Positions 36,661 through 36,921 of a stretch of 36,921 nt of DNA are shown here, in pieces. This stretch comes from a virus: the IMG/VR virus record IMGVR_UViG_3300045988_076101; one strand, 5' to 3'. A program made the position numbers and the translations under genes. Each line of letters starts with the position of its first letter. Positions within the stretch are counted from its first letter, which is position 1. The notes under the pieces were generated by a model. It ran no database searches and was not told the DNA's origin. It worked only from the letters and a program-made list of their open reading frames with translations.

Positions 36661-36921
36661 ATGGGAATTATTGACAATGCCGTGACTCGCGCGCTGGAGA
36701 TATCGGCGGACGACAGACACGGCTACGACCAGGCCAACCGCTGGGGGCCTGACTACGATTGCAGCAGCCTTGTGATCTCAGTGTACAGAAAGGCCGGGGT
36801 CCCCCTCAGCTGCACCTACACGGGCAACATGCGCGGGGACATGCTGCGCTGCGGCTTCGAGGACGTGACCGGCAGCGTCGATCTCACGACCGGCGCGGGG
36901 CTTGAGCGCGGGGATGTGCTC
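36661..36921 (+). CDS. Endolysin, 5' part (continues at position 120 of the window after removing the 119-nt overlap)
   Basis: SD aaggaggg upstream of ATG 36661. GYDQANRWGPDYDCSSLVISVYRKAGV contains an NlpC/P60-type catalytic Cys. Confidence 0.85.
   Translation, partial: MGIIDNAVTRALEISADDRHGYDQANRWGPDYDCSSLVISVYRKAGVPLSCTYTGNMRGDMLRCGFEDVTGSVDLTTGAGLERGDVL
36803..36921. repeat. Terminal overlap, second copy (identical to 1-119)
   Basis: Direct comparison. Confidence 0.95.

Overview
The window is one complete, circularly permuted temperate phage genome. Bases 1-119 are identical to 36803-36921, so the unit length is 36802 bp and the endolysin gene wraps through the junction. It looks like an HK97-like siphovirus in its attP (excised or virion) form, probably from a GC-rich Firmicute or Clostridia-like host; the host guess rests only on SD-rich leaders, an Ltp domain and a Cys-rich KTR protein.

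Gene order:
- Lysis: endolysin (36661 -> 581), a TM/coiled-coil protein and a holin.
- Accessory genes: a LuxR/sigma-r4-type HTH gene, a minus-strand HTH + RHH pair, and a three-gene accessory operon (2249-3685).
- Integration: attP carrying the 3' part of a tRNA-Thr(GGU)-like gene, flanked by AGTATCTTGA arm repeats, then a tyrosine integrase.
- Lysogeny genes on the minus strand: an Ltp-type superinfection-exclusion protein, a membrane-tethered XRE protein and an XRE repressor.
- A mosaic immunity region of small membrane proteins plus a DUF2829/Tad2-like gene (7450-9100).
- Further XRE regulators and an excisionase-like HTH gene.
- Replication: a protein with an 87-residue (Gly-X)n tract, a replisome organiser with an embedded iteron/AT-rich origin candidate, and DnaB.
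- Partition: ParA and a large ParB-like fusion protein.
- A block of small, Cys-rich genes.
- An HUH rolling-circle Rep-like gene, a Cys-rich KTR gene and an HNH endonuclease.
- Packaging and head: TerS, TerL, portal, ClpP-type protease and HK97 capsid.
- Tail: head-tail joining genes, major tail protein, G/GT chaperone with an A_AAA_AAC -1 frameshift, tape measure, Dit, Tal, and tail-fibre paralogues.

Most interesting non-standard signals:
1. Two tandem convergent gene-pair cassettes bounded by duplicated promoter/leader blocks.
2. A seven-copy 17-bp palindrome family (GTGCCCGAWTCGGGCAC). Two copies lie inside parB, and one directly follows the HUH Rep-like gene.
3. A four-codon (GGC-GAC/TAC/TCC)n repeat.
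4. A 55-bp intergenic element present twice in the replication module.
5. An HUH Rep-like gene in a phage that also has an organiser/DnaB replication module.
6. A well-conserved-looking ORF whose expected ATG reads ACG.

No database search was possible. All family calls come from motif recognition by eye.
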